A DNA stretch of 64,000 nt from assembly GCA_963750285.1 (NCBI GenBank), contig CAVVQA010000003.1:43014-107013 (forward strand), in the 5' to 3' direction. Both the position numbers and the translations under genes were made by a program. Source of the DNA: an uncultured Actinomycetota bacterium (lineage in GTDB: Bacteria > Actinomycetota > Actinomycetes > Actinomycetales > CAWJMD01). The notes beneath the pieces were generated by a model. The model saw only the letters and a list, made by a program, of their open reading frames with translations, did not search any database and had not been told where the DNA came from. Positions 1 to 11,305 of the stretch are shown in pieces (positions within the stretch are counted from its first letter, which is position 1; each line of letters opens with the position of its first letter).

Positions 1-979
1 CGAAGGTCAGGCCCACGTTGAGGATCGCGAACGCCAGGGTCCACAGGAAGATCCGCAGGAAGTCGGTGGCGATCCGGTCGTTGGTGACGACGCGCTCGTA
101 GTTCGCGGTCCCGACGTTCTGCTTCCAGGACTGGGAGAAGGCGGGCTTGCCGTCCTCGTCGACGAAGAAGTCGCTGTCGCCGACCTTGCCGATCGAGAAC
201 GTCTCTCCCGTCTCCGCGTTCGTGATCGTGTCGGACGTCTCGTCGTAGACCAGGTTGGTGACGCCCTCGAACGCCGACCGGACGCCCTGCGACCGGATGG
301 CGCCGTCGTCGGTGGGTACGGCCAGATCGCTGACCGCGGTGCCGGCGTCGTTCACCTGCTTCGGCGTCAGCAGCGTGAAGCCGTCGACGGCGGTGACGAA
401 GTCCTCCTCGACGGTGGCGCCGTCGAGCTCGGTCAGCCCGTCCTCGGGCGTGCCCTCGTAGACCGTCCCGGACTCCGGCTGCACCAGGAAGAACGTGAAC
501 GGTCCCTCGGTGACGCTGCCGGTGGTGCCGACCGTGAGGTTGTAGAGCGTCGAGTCCGGGGCCTGCGTCACCGAGGAGCCGACGATCGAGGCGATCGCCT
601 CGTTCTTCGACAGCCGCTTGCCGTCACCGAAGTTGGTGAACGAGATCCCGAACGTCGCGATGATCGGGTACACGATCATCGCGAGCAGGAAGAGGGTGCC
701 GGGCAGCAGGTACTTCAGGGGTACCAGACGCCGGGTCGCGTAGACCGCGAACAGGCCCAGGGCGGCCAACCAGACCAGCACCAGGCCCGTGTACTTCTCC
801 CCCGCCAGGAGCACCGGCGTCAGGTAGAGCACCAGGCCGGCGACGGCGCCCAGCCCGATCACCTTGACCAGGACGCCGATGATCGAGTCGGTCCCGCGCC
901 CGGCGAAGCCGGACGTGCGCCGCAGCGGTGGCGGCTCGGGTGCGGAGGTGGTGCCGGTCGAGGTCGTCGTGGTCGCCAC
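1..979 (-). CDS. malF: Maltose/maltodextrin ABC transporter permease (MalF-like), runs off the window start
   Basis: Manual translation from GTG at 979: TM helices, 'PLKYLLPGTLFLLAMIVYPIIATFGISFTNFGDG', large extracytoplasmic loop; lies downstream of a malE-like gene. Confidence 0.85.
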   Translation of the reverse strand, partial: MATTTTSTGTTSAPEPPPLRRTSGFAGRGTDSIIGVLVKVIGLGAVAGLVLYLTPVLLAGEKYTGLVLVWLAALGLFAVYATRRLVPLKYLLPGTLFLLAMIVYPIIATFGISFTNFGDGKRLSKNEAIASIVGSSVTQAPDSTLYNLTVGTTGSVTEGPFTFFLVQPESGTVYEGTPEDGLTELDGATVEEDFVTAVDGFTLLTPKQVNDAGTAVSDLAVPTDDGAIRSQGVRSAFEGVTNLVYDETSDTITNAETGETFSIGKVGDSDFFVDEDGKPAFSQSWKQNVGTANYERVVTNDRIATDFLRIFLWTLAFAILNVGLTF

Positions 980-1042
980 CAGGGGCCCCCTCGTCAGAGG
1001 TCGAGCGCGGGTCGGACGGGTCGTGCGCCGAGCGGGGGCGGA

Positions 1043-1071
1043 CCCGACGGCACCGTGCTGGTGCCGTCGGG
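1043..1071 (-). terminator. Stem-loop between malE and malF (attenuator/mRNA stabiliser)
   Basis: Perfect 12-bp inverted repeat CCCGACGGCACC-N5-GGTGCCGTCGGG just after the malE stop. Confidence 0.6.
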
Positions 1072-1088
1072 CCCGCGCCGCGGGGTTC

Positions 1089-2372
1089 CTAGAGGTTGCC
1101 GGCGATCGTGGTGCCGGCGGTCGTCATCGTCGAGGTCGGGTCGGCGCCACCGACGATGGCGGACTCGGCCTTGCCCAGGGGCTCCCAGATGGCGGCCATC
1201 TGCGGGATGGCCGGGAGGATCTGACCACCGGCGGCGGCCTCGGCGAAGGCGGCGGTGTCGGGGTCCGAACCGGAGACCTCGTCGAGGACGGAGGTCATGG
1301 CCGGCGGGCGGGCCTCGGCGTCGTACAGCGCCTTCATCGTCTCCGGCGTGTTGGCGGAGTCGAGGACGAAGGACTCGGCGAACGACTTGTTCTTGCCGTT
1401 GCTCGCGACGTAGAAGGCCTGGACGCCGGTGAACGGCTGGGCCGGGGCCATGCCCGCGAACCCGGGCACCGGGCCGAGCGCGTAGTTGATGCCGGCCTTC
1501 TGGATGTCGGCCAGGGCCCAGGGGCCGGAGACCAGCATCGCGCACTCACCCGCGGTGAAGGTGGAGATGGAGTTGTCGCCGGTGATCGAGGTCTTCAGCA
1601 CGCCGGCCTTGCCCAGCTCGCTGATCTTGGCGGCGGCAGCGACCGAGCCCGGCTTGCCGACACCGAGGTCGGCCGGGTCGTAGTCACCTGCGGCGTTGGT
1701 GCCGAAGAGGTAACCGCCGGCCGAGGAGTACAGCGGCTGCATGTGGTACGCGTCGCCGTTCTCGCCCACCTGCAGGCAGAGCGGGTTCGTCGCGCCCGAC
1801 GCGGTGGCCGCCGCGATGGCGGCGTCGAGGTCGGCCGGCTCGTCCGGCACCAGGTCGGTGTTGCGGTACAGCCCGATCGACTCCACGGCGTAGGGCAGGC
1901 CGTAGATGTTGCCCTCGTACGTCACGCCCTTCAGCGCGATGTCGGAGTACTGGGACTGGTCCGCCTCGGGCAGGTTGATCGCCTCGATGGCGCTGTTCTG
2001 CACCAGGTTGCCGATCCAGTCGTGCGCGCCGATGACGATGTCGGGGCCGTTCTTCGCGGTGTTGGCCGTGACGAAGTTGGTCTGCAGGTCCTGGCTGACG
2101 ACCTGGACGGCGACGGTGATGCCGTTCTCCTCGCCGAAGGCCTCGGCGATGTCGGTGAGGGCGTCGGCGCGCTTCTGGTCGGCCCAGATCACCAGGTCGG
2201 CGTCGGCGCGCTCGGGGGCGCCGGTCTCGGACTCGCTGGGCGCGGGCTCGGAGGTGCTGGTCTCGGACGGGGAGGCGGTGGGCTCCTCGGAACCGCCGCA
2301 ACCGGTCAGCAGCAGGGTGATACCTGCTCCGACGGCGATCGCGCGGGTCAGGGCCCGGGTGGTGACGGACAT
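1089..2372 (-). CDS. malE: Maltose/maltodextrin ABC substrate-binding lipoprotein
   Basis: Lipobox LTGC; MalE-type motifs 'GPDIVIGAHDWIG', 'YGLPYAVES', 'GPWA'; start MSVTT at 2372. Confidence 0.88.
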   Translation of the reverse strand: MSVTTRALTRAIAVGAGITLLLTGCGGSEEPTASPSETSTSEPAPSESETGAPERADADLVIWADQKRADALTDIAEAFGEENGITVAVQVVSQDLQTNFVTANTAKNGPDIVIGAHDWIGNLVQNSAIEAINLPEADQSQYSDIALKGVTYEGNIYGLPYAVESIGLYRNTDLVPDEPADLDAAIAAATASGATNPLCLQVGENGDAYHMQPLYSSAGGYLFGTNAAGDYDPADLGVGKPGSVAAAAKISELGKAGVLKTSITGDNSISTFTAGECAMLVSGPWALADIQKAGINYALGPVPGFAGMAPAQPFTGVQAFYVASNGKNKSFAESFVLDSANTPETMKALYDAEARPPAMTSVLDEVSGSDPDTAAFAEAAAGGQILPAIPQMAAIWEPLGKAESAIVGGADPTSTMTTAGTTIAGNL

Positions 2373-2490
2373 CGGATCTCCTTGCCAGTGGCCAGGTTCC
2401 GGCCCCGGGCGGGAGCTGCGGGACGGTGCGTCCCAGCCTGCCGCTGGAGAGGGGTCGGCGCTGACCGGTCGAGTGGGTGCGACGACCGTA

Positions 2491-2536
2491 GCAAGATCTT
2501 GCAGAAAGCGGTAGCGGAACTTGCTGCAAGATTTCA
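2491..2536. promoter_or_regulatory. Probable MalR (LacI-family) operator
   Basis: Palindrome GCAAGATCTTGC at 2491-2502; CTTGCAG (2498-2504) and its inverse CTGCAAG (2524-2530) between divergent malE and the LacI gene; matches the CTTGCA motif of Streptomyces MalR. Confidence 0.7.
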
Positions 2537-2559
2537 GGGGCATGCGCTATCGTCCGGCC

Positions 2560-3577
2560 ATGCGCGCAAGACTCGCGGACATCGCCACTCACGCGGGTGT
2601 GAGCGAGGCGACGGTCAGCCGCGTCCTCAACGGCAAGCCCGGTGTCGCCGACGGTACCCGCCAGGCGGTCCTCACCGCCCTGGACGTGCTCGGGTACGAG
2701 CGTCCGTCGCGCCTGCGCAAGCGGTCGGCCGGCCTGGTCGGGCTGATCACCCCGGAGCTGGAGAACCCGATCTTCCCGGCCTTCGCCCAGGTGATCGAGT
2801 CGGCGCTGGCCCAGCACGACTACACGCCCGTGCTGTGCACCCAGACACCCGGCGGCGTGCACGAGGACGACTACACGACGATGCTGCTGGAGCGCGGGGT
2901 CTCGGGCATCGTCTTCGTCAGCGGCCTGCACGCCGACACCACCGCGGACACCACCCGGTACGCCGCCCTGCGCGAGCGCGGGCTGCCGATCGTCCTGGTC
3001 AACGGGTACGCCGAGGGCATCGACGCCCCGTTCATCAGCAACGACGACGTCGCGTCGATGGACATCGCCGTCTCGCACCTGGTCTCGCAGGGGCACGAGC
3101 CGGATCGGGCTCGCCCTCGGGCCGTCCCGGTTCGTGCCGGTGATCCGCAAGGTCACCGGGTTCTCCGCCGCGGTCCGCAACCAGCTCGGTCTGGACGCCG
3201 CCGCGGTCGACGACCTGATCGAGTACTCGCTGTTCTCGGTGGAGGGCGGCGCCGCCGCGGCGTCGCGGCTCGCGGACCGGGGCTGCACGGCGATCATCTG
3301 CGGGTCCGACCTGATGGCGCTCGGTGCGATCCGGGCGATCCGGGAGAAGGGGCTCCGCGTCCCCGAGGACGTCTCGGTCGTCGGCTACGACGACTCGCCG
3401 CTCATCGCCTTCACGGACCCGCCCCTCACCACCGTGCGGCAGGCCGTCCCTGCGATGGGAGCGGCCGCGGTGCGGGCCCTGCTCGACGAGATCAACGGCA
3501 CCCCGGCGCCGCGGGCGGAGTACGTCTTCCGGCCCGAGCTGGTGGTGCGCGGCTCGACCGCGGCCGTCCGCCGCTGA
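2560..3577 (+). CDS. malR: LacI-family transcriptional regulator (MalR-like); one apparent frameshift near 3100
   Basis: HTH 'LADIATHAGVSEATVSRVLN'; C-terminal half 'SDLMALG...VSVVGYDD...PPLTTVRQ' in the next frame. Confidence 0.82.
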
Positions 3578-3580
3578 CGA

Positions 3581-4383
3581 TCAGGGCTGGGCGAGCAGGT
3601 CGGCCAGGTCGTCGAGCAGGTAGGCGAACTCCTCGCTGGTGCCGACGCGGAACTCCGCGGCGGTCTCGCCCTCGCCGACCTTCACCCCGATGTCGCCGTT
3701 GGCGGGCCAGAGCCTGACGAAGGCGTCCTCGTCGGTGACGTCGTCGCCGGCGAACAGGACGGCTGCGGCGCCGGTCTGCTCTCGCAGGGCGTCGATCGCC
3801 TGGCCCTTGTCCGCGTCGACGACGGTGAGCTCGACGACGTCCTTGCCCCGCAGGACCGTGACGCCCTCGTGGCTGCCCGGCCCCTTGAGCGCGGACGACG
3901 TGGCCCGGGCGGCGGTGCCGCCCCGGGCCTGCCGGGTGTGCAGCACCACGCCGGTCGGCTTGACCTCCACCCGGGTGCCCGGGTGCTCGGTCGCCAGCTG
4001 CTTCAGCTCGTCGTGCACCCGTCCCAGCAGCTCAGCCGTGGGGCCGTCGACGGCCTGGTCGGCGCCCTCGACCTCGGCGCCGTGGCTGGCGACGAGCAGG
4101 GTGCCGGGCGGCGGCTGCGCGACGTTCCGCAGGTCGTCCATCGCGCGTCCGCTCAGCAGCGCGACCGTGACGCCCGGCGTCGCCACCAGGCTGCGCAGCG
4201 CGGTGCGCGCGACCGGCGACATCCGGCTGTCGCTGGGGTCGTCGACCAGCGGCGCCAGGGTGCCGTCGAAGTCGAGGACGACCAGCCGCGGCCGCGTTCC
4301 GGCGAACCGGCGCAGGGCGGCCTCGAGGGACAGCGGGTCGACGGTGGCCGACTTGCTCGGGTCGGCACCGGGGCGTCGGGGGG

Positions 4384-4387
<4 letters not shown>
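3581..4387 (-). CDS. otsB: Trehalose-6-phosphate phosphatase (HAD family)
   Basis: 'LDFDGTL', 'SGR', 'DKG', '[10 protein letters not shown]' motifs; ATGA overlap with otsA. Confidence 0.92.
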
Positions 4388-5817
<1,430 letters not shown>

Positions 5818-5983
5818 TGTGCTCCTCGCTCCTGTCAGGTCTCCCCGGGGAAGGCTTCCGGGGTTCCCCGTGCAGCCGCCGAGCCTATCGGGGACCGCGG
5901 GGTCCGGCGCGCCGCAGGTCTACCGGCCCGGGCCTGCTGACGCTACGGTCGGGACCCCGGACGCCGATGCTCGGAGGTGCCTG

Positions 5984-6412
5984 ATGCGGATCCACGACGT
6001 GCTGCGCAGCAAGGGGGACACGGTCGTCACCGTGCGGCCCGACGAGACCGTGACGGCCCTGCTGGGTCTGCTGGCCGAGCACCGGATCGGTGCCATGGTG
6101 GTCTCCACCGACGGCACCACGGTGCAGGGGATCGTGAGCGAGCGCGACGTCGTCCGGCACCTGCAGGAGCACGGCCCGGGCCTGCTCGAGCGCACCGTCG
6201 GCGACATCATGACCGCCGAGGTCCACACCTGCTCCCCCGACGACGCCATCGACGACCTGATGCGGCAGATGACCGACCGCCGCGTCCGGCACATCCCCGT
6301 GCTCGTCGACGACCGGCTCGCCGGCATCGTCAGCATCGGCGACGTCGTCAAGTACCGCATCGACGAGCTCACCAGCGAGCGCGACCAGCTCTCCGCGTAC
6401 ATCCAGAGCTGA
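5984..6412 (+). CDS. CBS-domain pair protein
   Basis: 'GIVSERDVV...IMT...RHIPV...GIVSIGDVVK'; RBS GGAGGT before ATG 5984. Confidence 0.88.
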   Translation: MRIHDVLRSKGDTVVTVRPDETVTALLGLLAEHRIGAMVVSTDGTTVQGIVSERDVVRHLQEHGPGLLERTVGDIMTAEVHTCSPDDAIDDLMRQMTDRRVRHIPVLVDDRLAGIVSIGDVVKYRIDELTSERDQLSAYIQS

Positions 6413-6542
6413 CCGCCCGCTCGTCCCCGCTGGGCGTGGTGACACCTCGCTGCTCTCGCTGGCCTAGTGAACGTGGCGACCACCACGTTCACTAGGCGAG
6501 CGAGCCTCGCGAGGTGGTCTTCGGCCCCGCGAAGACGGGCGG
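6413..6542. repeat. Nested palindromic intergenic element (REP-like)
   Basis: 15-bp perfect stem 6462-6476/6483-6497 with outer arms CTCGCT/AGCGAG and CACCTCGC/GCGAGGTG. Confidence 0.6.
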
Positions 6543-6634
6543 CGCTGCTCCGCCCGGGGGACGCAGGGGCGACGTGACCGAGTCTTGACCCGCGGTGACG
6601 CTGTCCTTGACGTCCGCTCACGTACCGTGACCGG

Positions 6635-8450
6635 GTGAGCGAGACCGTCCAGACCGGCCGCAGGCTCGGCCGGTACCGCCTTGCCCAGGTGATCGGGCAG
6701 GGCGGCATGGGTGTGGTCCACCTCGCCCTCGACGCGCAGGGGCGGGCCGTGGCGGTCAAGGTCCTGCGCCCGCACGTGGCCGGCGACCCCGACGCGCGGG
6801 AGCGGCTCGCCCGCGAGGTCGACACCCTCACCCGGGTCCGCAGCCCCCGGGTGGCCGAGGTGCTGGACGCCGACGTCGACTGCGACACCCCGTACGTCGT
6901 GACGCGGTACGTGCCCGCCCCGCCGCTGGACCACCTGGTCACCGAGCGCGGGCCCCTGGCGGGCGAGGCGCTGGCGCGGCTGGGGCTCGGGCTCGGGGAG
7001 GCGCTCGCGGCCATCCACGCCGTCGACGTCGTGCACCGCGACCTCAAGCCCGGCAACGTCCTCATGCTCGAGGGCGACCCGGTGGTGATCGACTTCGGCA
7101 TCGCGCACGTCGCCGACGACATCCGGCTCACCAGCACCGGTCTGGTGATGGGCACGCCCGGCTACCTCTCGCCCGAGCTCATCGAGGGCGCGGCCGTCCG
7201 CGAGGCTGCCGACTGGTGGGGCTGGGCCGCGACGATGACCTACGCCGCCACCGGCCGGCCGCCGTTCGGGCGCGGCCCGCTCGAAGTCGTCCTCGACCGC
7301 GTGCGCCGCGGCGCCCCCGACCTGGACGGCGTCCCGGACGTGCTCGTGCCCGTGCTGGCCGCGGCGCTGTCGCCGGTCCCGTCCGAGCGGCCCAAGCCCG
7401 GCGCCCTGCGCCGCGCGTCCGAGCGGCTGCGCGCCGACGCCCGCGCGCACCCGGCACCGGCGCCGCGCGACCTGCGGACCCAGGTGCTGCCGGTCGTCGA
7501 CGTGCGCACGCCGCCGACGGTGCGGGCCGCCGTCCCGGTGCCGCCGCCGCCCGCCCCGCCCGAGGGCGCCACCGAGGTGGTGCCGTTCGTGCCGCCGACC
7601 AGGGCCGTCCCGCAGCCCGGCCCGACCCAGGTGCCTCCGGCCGCGGCGGCCGCCCCGGCTGCCCCTGTCGCCGCCGCCCCGGTCGCTGCGCCGCCGGCCG
7701 ACGTGCGGGTCGGCGCCGCACGCCCCCGTCCAGCAGCCGTTCCAGCAGCGCCACCAGCCGTACCAGCAGCCGGTTCCGCACCCGTTCCCGCCGGTGCCCG
7801 TGCAGGCCCGGTCGCCGCACGACCCGTTCGCGGGTCTCCTGCCGTTCGACGCCGAGGCCGCACCCGCGCCGGCGAGCCGGTCGAACCGCACCGGCACCGC
7901 CCTCACCGGGTTGCTGCTGCTGGTGTGCGTGGCCGCGGCGGCGCCCGTGGTCGCGGTGGCGCTCGGGGTCGTGTGGCTCGTGCTGGCGCGCACCGTCGAC
8001 GCCGCCAGCGGCTCGTTGCTGCGACGGCGCTACGAGCGCGGCGCACGTCGCGGCGACCGGGCCCTCATGGTGCTGTCCTCGCCGTGGCACCTGCTGGTGC
8101 AGGTGCTGCTCGCGATCCCGGTGCTGCTGCTGCCCGCGCTGGTGGGAGCGAGCGCGGCCTTCATCCCGGGACTGTTCGTGGCGGTGTCGGACTGGCCGTG
8201 GGGGACGGCGGCCACGCTCGCCGTCGCGGCCTTCGCCGGCTGCCTCACCGCGTGGTGGGGGCTGGGTGGCGGCGCGCTGCGTCGCGGGTCGCGGCAGCTG
8301 GCGCGCGGGCTCGCTCCCGGGCGCACCGGAGCCACCGTGGCCGTGGTGGTGCTGCTCGCCGTCGCGACCACCGTGGTGGTGCTGCTCGGTGCGGCCGGGT
8401 GGACCCCGCAGTGGGTGCCGCTGCCGGAGCAGCCGACGTTCGTGCCCTGA
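6635..8450 (+). CDS. Hanks-type Ser/Thr protein kinase with Pro-rich linker and C-terminal TM helices; apparent frameshift near 7690-7730
   Basis: 'IGQGGMGVV', 'VAVK', 'HRDLKPGN', 'DFG', 'GTPGYLSPE'; TM region is in ORF 7794..8450. Confidence 0.88.
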
Positions 8451-8487
8451 TGCGGCCCGCGAGGGCCCGTGACGACGGGTCCGGACC

Positions 8488-8520
8488 GTCCAGGAACCTC
8501 TCAGGAACCGTCCGTACAGT
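8488..8520 (+). promoter_or_regulatory. OmpR-family tandem box (MprA-like) and -10 element of a leaderless promoter
   Basis: GTCCAG-N5-TCTCAG (CAGGAACC repeated at 11-bp spacing) followed by TACAGT 7 nt before GTG 8528. Confidence 0.5.
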
Positions 8521-8527
8521 GATCGGC

Positions 8528-9143
8528 GTGCACGCCGCCGCCCCACGTCCGGTCCTGCTCGCGCGGGCTCTGGCAGCGGTCGCCCTGCTGCTCGGCGCGG
8601 TTGCGCTGCTGGCCGGACCGGCCAGCGCCCACGTCTCCCTGACCGGGACGGTGCCGGCCGCCGACGAGCAGGTGGCCACAGCGCCCACCGAGGTGCAGCT
8701 GACCTACTCCGACGCCCTGCTCGAGGTGGGCAACGCGGTGTCGGTCACCGGGCCGTCCGGCGCGCTGACGCTCGAGCCCCTCCAGGTCGCCGACCGCACG
8801 CTGGTGCAGCCGCTGCCGGCCGACCTGCCGCCGGGCGTCTACACGGTCAGCTGGCGGGCGGCGTCCGGCGACGGCCACCCGATCGAGGGGACCTTCTCCT
8901 TCACGTCCACCGCGACGGTGCCCACGAGCACGACGACCGAGCCCGAGCACGACCAGCAGCACGTCGTCGACGACGACCAGCGCCACGTCCGAGGAACCGT
9001 CCACCGCCGCGAGCGCCGCGGACCCGACCGGCGCAGCGAGCCTGCCGGTCTGGGTGGGCGTCCCGGTCGCCCTCCTCGGCGCCGCGGGGGTCGCGGCGGT
9101 CGTGCTGCGCCGTCGTGGTGGCGGGCCGGGGGCGCACGAGTGA
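8528..9143 (+). CDS. CopC-family copper-binding protein with C-terminal membrane anchor; apparent frameshift near 8945
   Basis: Signal peptide ending ASA-H (N-terminal His of mature CopC); 'YTVSWRAASGDGHPIEGTFSF'; Ser/Thr linker and TM helix in the shifted frame, stop overlapping the next GTG. Confidence 0.82.
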
Positions 9144-9670
9144 GCCGCTGGGCCGCCGTCCAGCCGTGGGTCTCGACCCTCCTGCGGCTGGTGCTCGCCG
9201 GCGTCTTCGCCGTCGCGGGCGCGCTCAAGCTGCCCGACCCGGACGAGAGCGTGCGCGCCGTCCGGGCCTACCGGCTGCTGCCCGAGGCCGTGGTGCCGTT
9301 CGTGGGGTACGGGCTGCCGGTGTTCGAGGTGCTGCTCGCGCTCGCGCTGCTGGTGGGCGTCGTGACCCGCGCCTCCGCCGTCGTGTCGGCCGTCCTGCTG
9401 GTGGCGTTCGTGGTCGGCGTCGCCTCGGCGGCCGCCCGCGGGCTGTCCATCGACTGCGGTTGCTTCGGCGGTGGCGGCGAGGTGGCGGAGGGGCAGACGA
9501 AGTACACCGAGGAGATCGTCCGCGACCTCGTCCTGCTGGTCGGCGCCCTGGTGCTGGCCCGCTGGCCGCGGTCGCGGTGGTCGGTCGACGCGTGGCTGCG
9601 CGGGCCGCAGCGCGTGGCCGCCGGCACCGAGGACGAGTCCGTGAGATCCGTGGGAGAGGCAGTGAAGTGA
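9140..9670 (+). CDS. MauE/DoxX-family redox-associated membrane protein
   Basis: 'RLVLAGVFAVAGALK', 'GLSIDCGCFG', four hydrophobic segments. Confidence 0.85.
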   Translation: MSRWAAVQPWVSTLLRLVLAGVFAVAGALKLPDPDESVRAVRAYRLLPEAVVPFVGYGLPVFEVLLALALLVGVVTRASAVVSAVLLVAFVVGVASAAARGLSIDCGCFGGGGEVAEGQTKYTEEIVRDLVLLVGALVLARWPRSRWSVDAWLRGPQRVAAGTEDESVRSVGEAVK

Positions 9671-10431
9671 GCAGTCGGAGCGACTCGCAGAACCGGTCCA
9701 AGGGTGACAAGCGCGCCGAGGCCCGCGCCAGGGCCGAGGCGATGCGGCTGGAGTCGGAGCGGAAGGCACGCCGCCAGCGCGCGCTGATCGTGGGCCTCAC
9801 GGCCCTCGTCGTCGTGGCGCTGGTGGTCGGCGTGGGTGTCTTCGTCCAGCGCGCCCGCAGCCAGGCCGCGCTCGACGCGGCCGGCCCGCCCGGGCTGTCG
9901 GCGAACGGCGGCCTGGTGCTGGGCGAGGAGGACGCGCCGGTGACGGTGACGACCTACGTCGACTACATGTGCCCGGCGTGCAACCAGTTCGAGACCGAGA
10001 ACGCGGCGCTGCTGGACGAACTCCGCGGCGAGGGCGAGGTCAAGGTGGAGTACGTCCCGATCGCGATCCTCGACCGGTTCTCGCAGGGGACGAGGTACTC
10101 GACCCGGTCCGCCGGTGCGGCCTACTGCGTCGCCGAGCACGACCCTGACGTGATGCCGCTGTTCACCTCGGCCATGTACGAGAACCAGCCCGAGGAGAAC
10201 TCGACCGGCCTGTCGACCGAGGTGATCGGGCAGATCGCCCAGGTGGCCGGGGCGGGCGACGCTGCTCTGACGTGCATCAGCGACGGCACCTACGACGGCT
10301 ACGCGGCGGCCGTCACCGACAAGGCGTCGAAGGCCGGCGTGCAGGGCACACCCACGGTGCTGGTGAACGGGACCTTCCTGGACGACCTGTCGAAGCAGGG
10401 GCTGGTCGACCTCATCAACGCGAAGAACTGA
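9667..10431 (+). CDS. Membrane-anchored DsbA/MdbA-like thiol-disulfide oxidoreductase
   Basis: N-terminal TM; 'DYMCPAC' CxxC; cis-Pro loop 'GTPT'. Confidence 0.88.
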   Translation: MSSRSDSQNRSKGDKRAEARARAEAMRLESERKARRQRALIVGLTALVVVALVVGVGVFVQRARSQAALDAAGPPGLSANGGLVLGEEDAPVTVTTYVDYMCPACNQFETENAALLDELRGEGEVKVEYVPIAILDRFSQGTRYSTRSAGAAYCVAEHDPDVMPLFTSAMYENQPEENSTGLSTEVIGQIAQVAGAGDAALTCISDGTYDGYAAAVTDKASKAGVQGTPTVLVNGTFLDDLSKQGLVDLINAKN

Positions 10432-11149
10432 CCTCCGGGCCCTCGGCGGCGTCGAGCCGGTCGAGGTCGCGCACGCAGAAGCCGTGGTGGGCCCACTCCT
10501 CGTCGAGCACCACCCGCAGGCACCGGGCGACCGTCCCCGTCTCCGGCGGCCAGCCCCGGTCGTCCGGCGGGGTGGTCTGGCGGGCCAGCTCCTCAGACGT
10601 CGCGCTCGCGAGGAACTCGGTGAGCACGTCCTCGCGGCGGCGCCGGGCGGCGACCACGTCGGCGAGCGCGGGCCCCGCTGCGTCGTCGAGACCCATGGCG
10701 TCCTGGTGGGGGACGAAGTCCGACGCGAGGCCCCATGGGTGGAACGCGTGCGAGCGCCCGAGGACCGCGCGGGCGAACCAGCTGTCGTGGACGAACAGCA
10801 GGTGCCGCAGCGTCTGCACCGCCGACCACTCGCCGTCGACGGACGCGTGGGCGCGCTCGGACGGCAGTGCCGCGAGCCGGTCGAGCGTGGCCGCCCAGTC
10901 CGCGCGCAACGTGGCCCACCCCTGGCGCAGGTCGGCGGAGTCGTCGGACCGGATCAGGAGCCGGACGGGGTGTCGCCGGTCGAGCTCGGCCTGCACGAAG
11001 CCGGTGACCTCGACGCCGTTGACCACGAGATCCGTGACCAGGCCGTCGATCTCGGCGTGCTGCATCACCACCCCGACGAATCGCGAGCGGTTCAGCACCA
11101 CCTCGCGGAACTCGCTGCCGGACAGGTCGTCGTCGACGAACCGCACCAT
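10415..11149 (-). CDS. DinB-family protein with N-terminal pentapeptide-like segment
   Basis: 'EWSAVQTLRHLLF', 'EEWAHH'. Confidence 0.78.
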   Translation of the reverse strand: MVRFVDDDLSGSEFREVVLNRSRFVGVVMQHAEIDGLVTDLVVNGVEVTGFVQAELDRRHPVRLLIRSDDSADLRQGWATLRADWAATLDRLAALPSERAHASVDGEWSAVQTLRHLLFVHDSWFARAVLGRSHAFHPWGLASDFVPHQDAMGLDDAAGPALADVVAARRRREDVLTEFLASATSEELARQTTPPDDRGWPPETGTVARCLRVVLDEEWAHHGFCVRDLDRLDAAEGPEVSSSR

Positions 11150-11232
11150 GGGGGGACCGTAGCGCCGTCGGCTGACACCGGGGCGGTCGATTGCGGTGGA
11201 GCGGCTAGCATCGCGCTCGGTGTGAGAGCGCC

Positions 11233-11305
11233 GCCGGTGTAGCTCAGTTGGTAGAGCGTTCGCCTTGTAAGCGAAGGGTCGCGGGTTCGATTCCTGTCAC
11301 CGGCT
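11233..11305 (+). tRNA. tRNA-Thr (anticodon TGT), CCA not encoded
   Basis: Cloverleaf: acceptor GCCGGTG/CACCGGC, D-arm GCTC/GAGC, anticodon arm TTCGC-CTTGTAA-GCGAA, T-loop TTCGATT. Confidence 0.95.

Noticed and set aside
6635-9670. 1011-aa kinase-CopC-MauE 'fusion' in the ORF track
   Set aside because: Produced by frameshifts and GC-rich read-through; each part has its own start/stop, and the connecting stretches are off-frame R/A/G-rich text.
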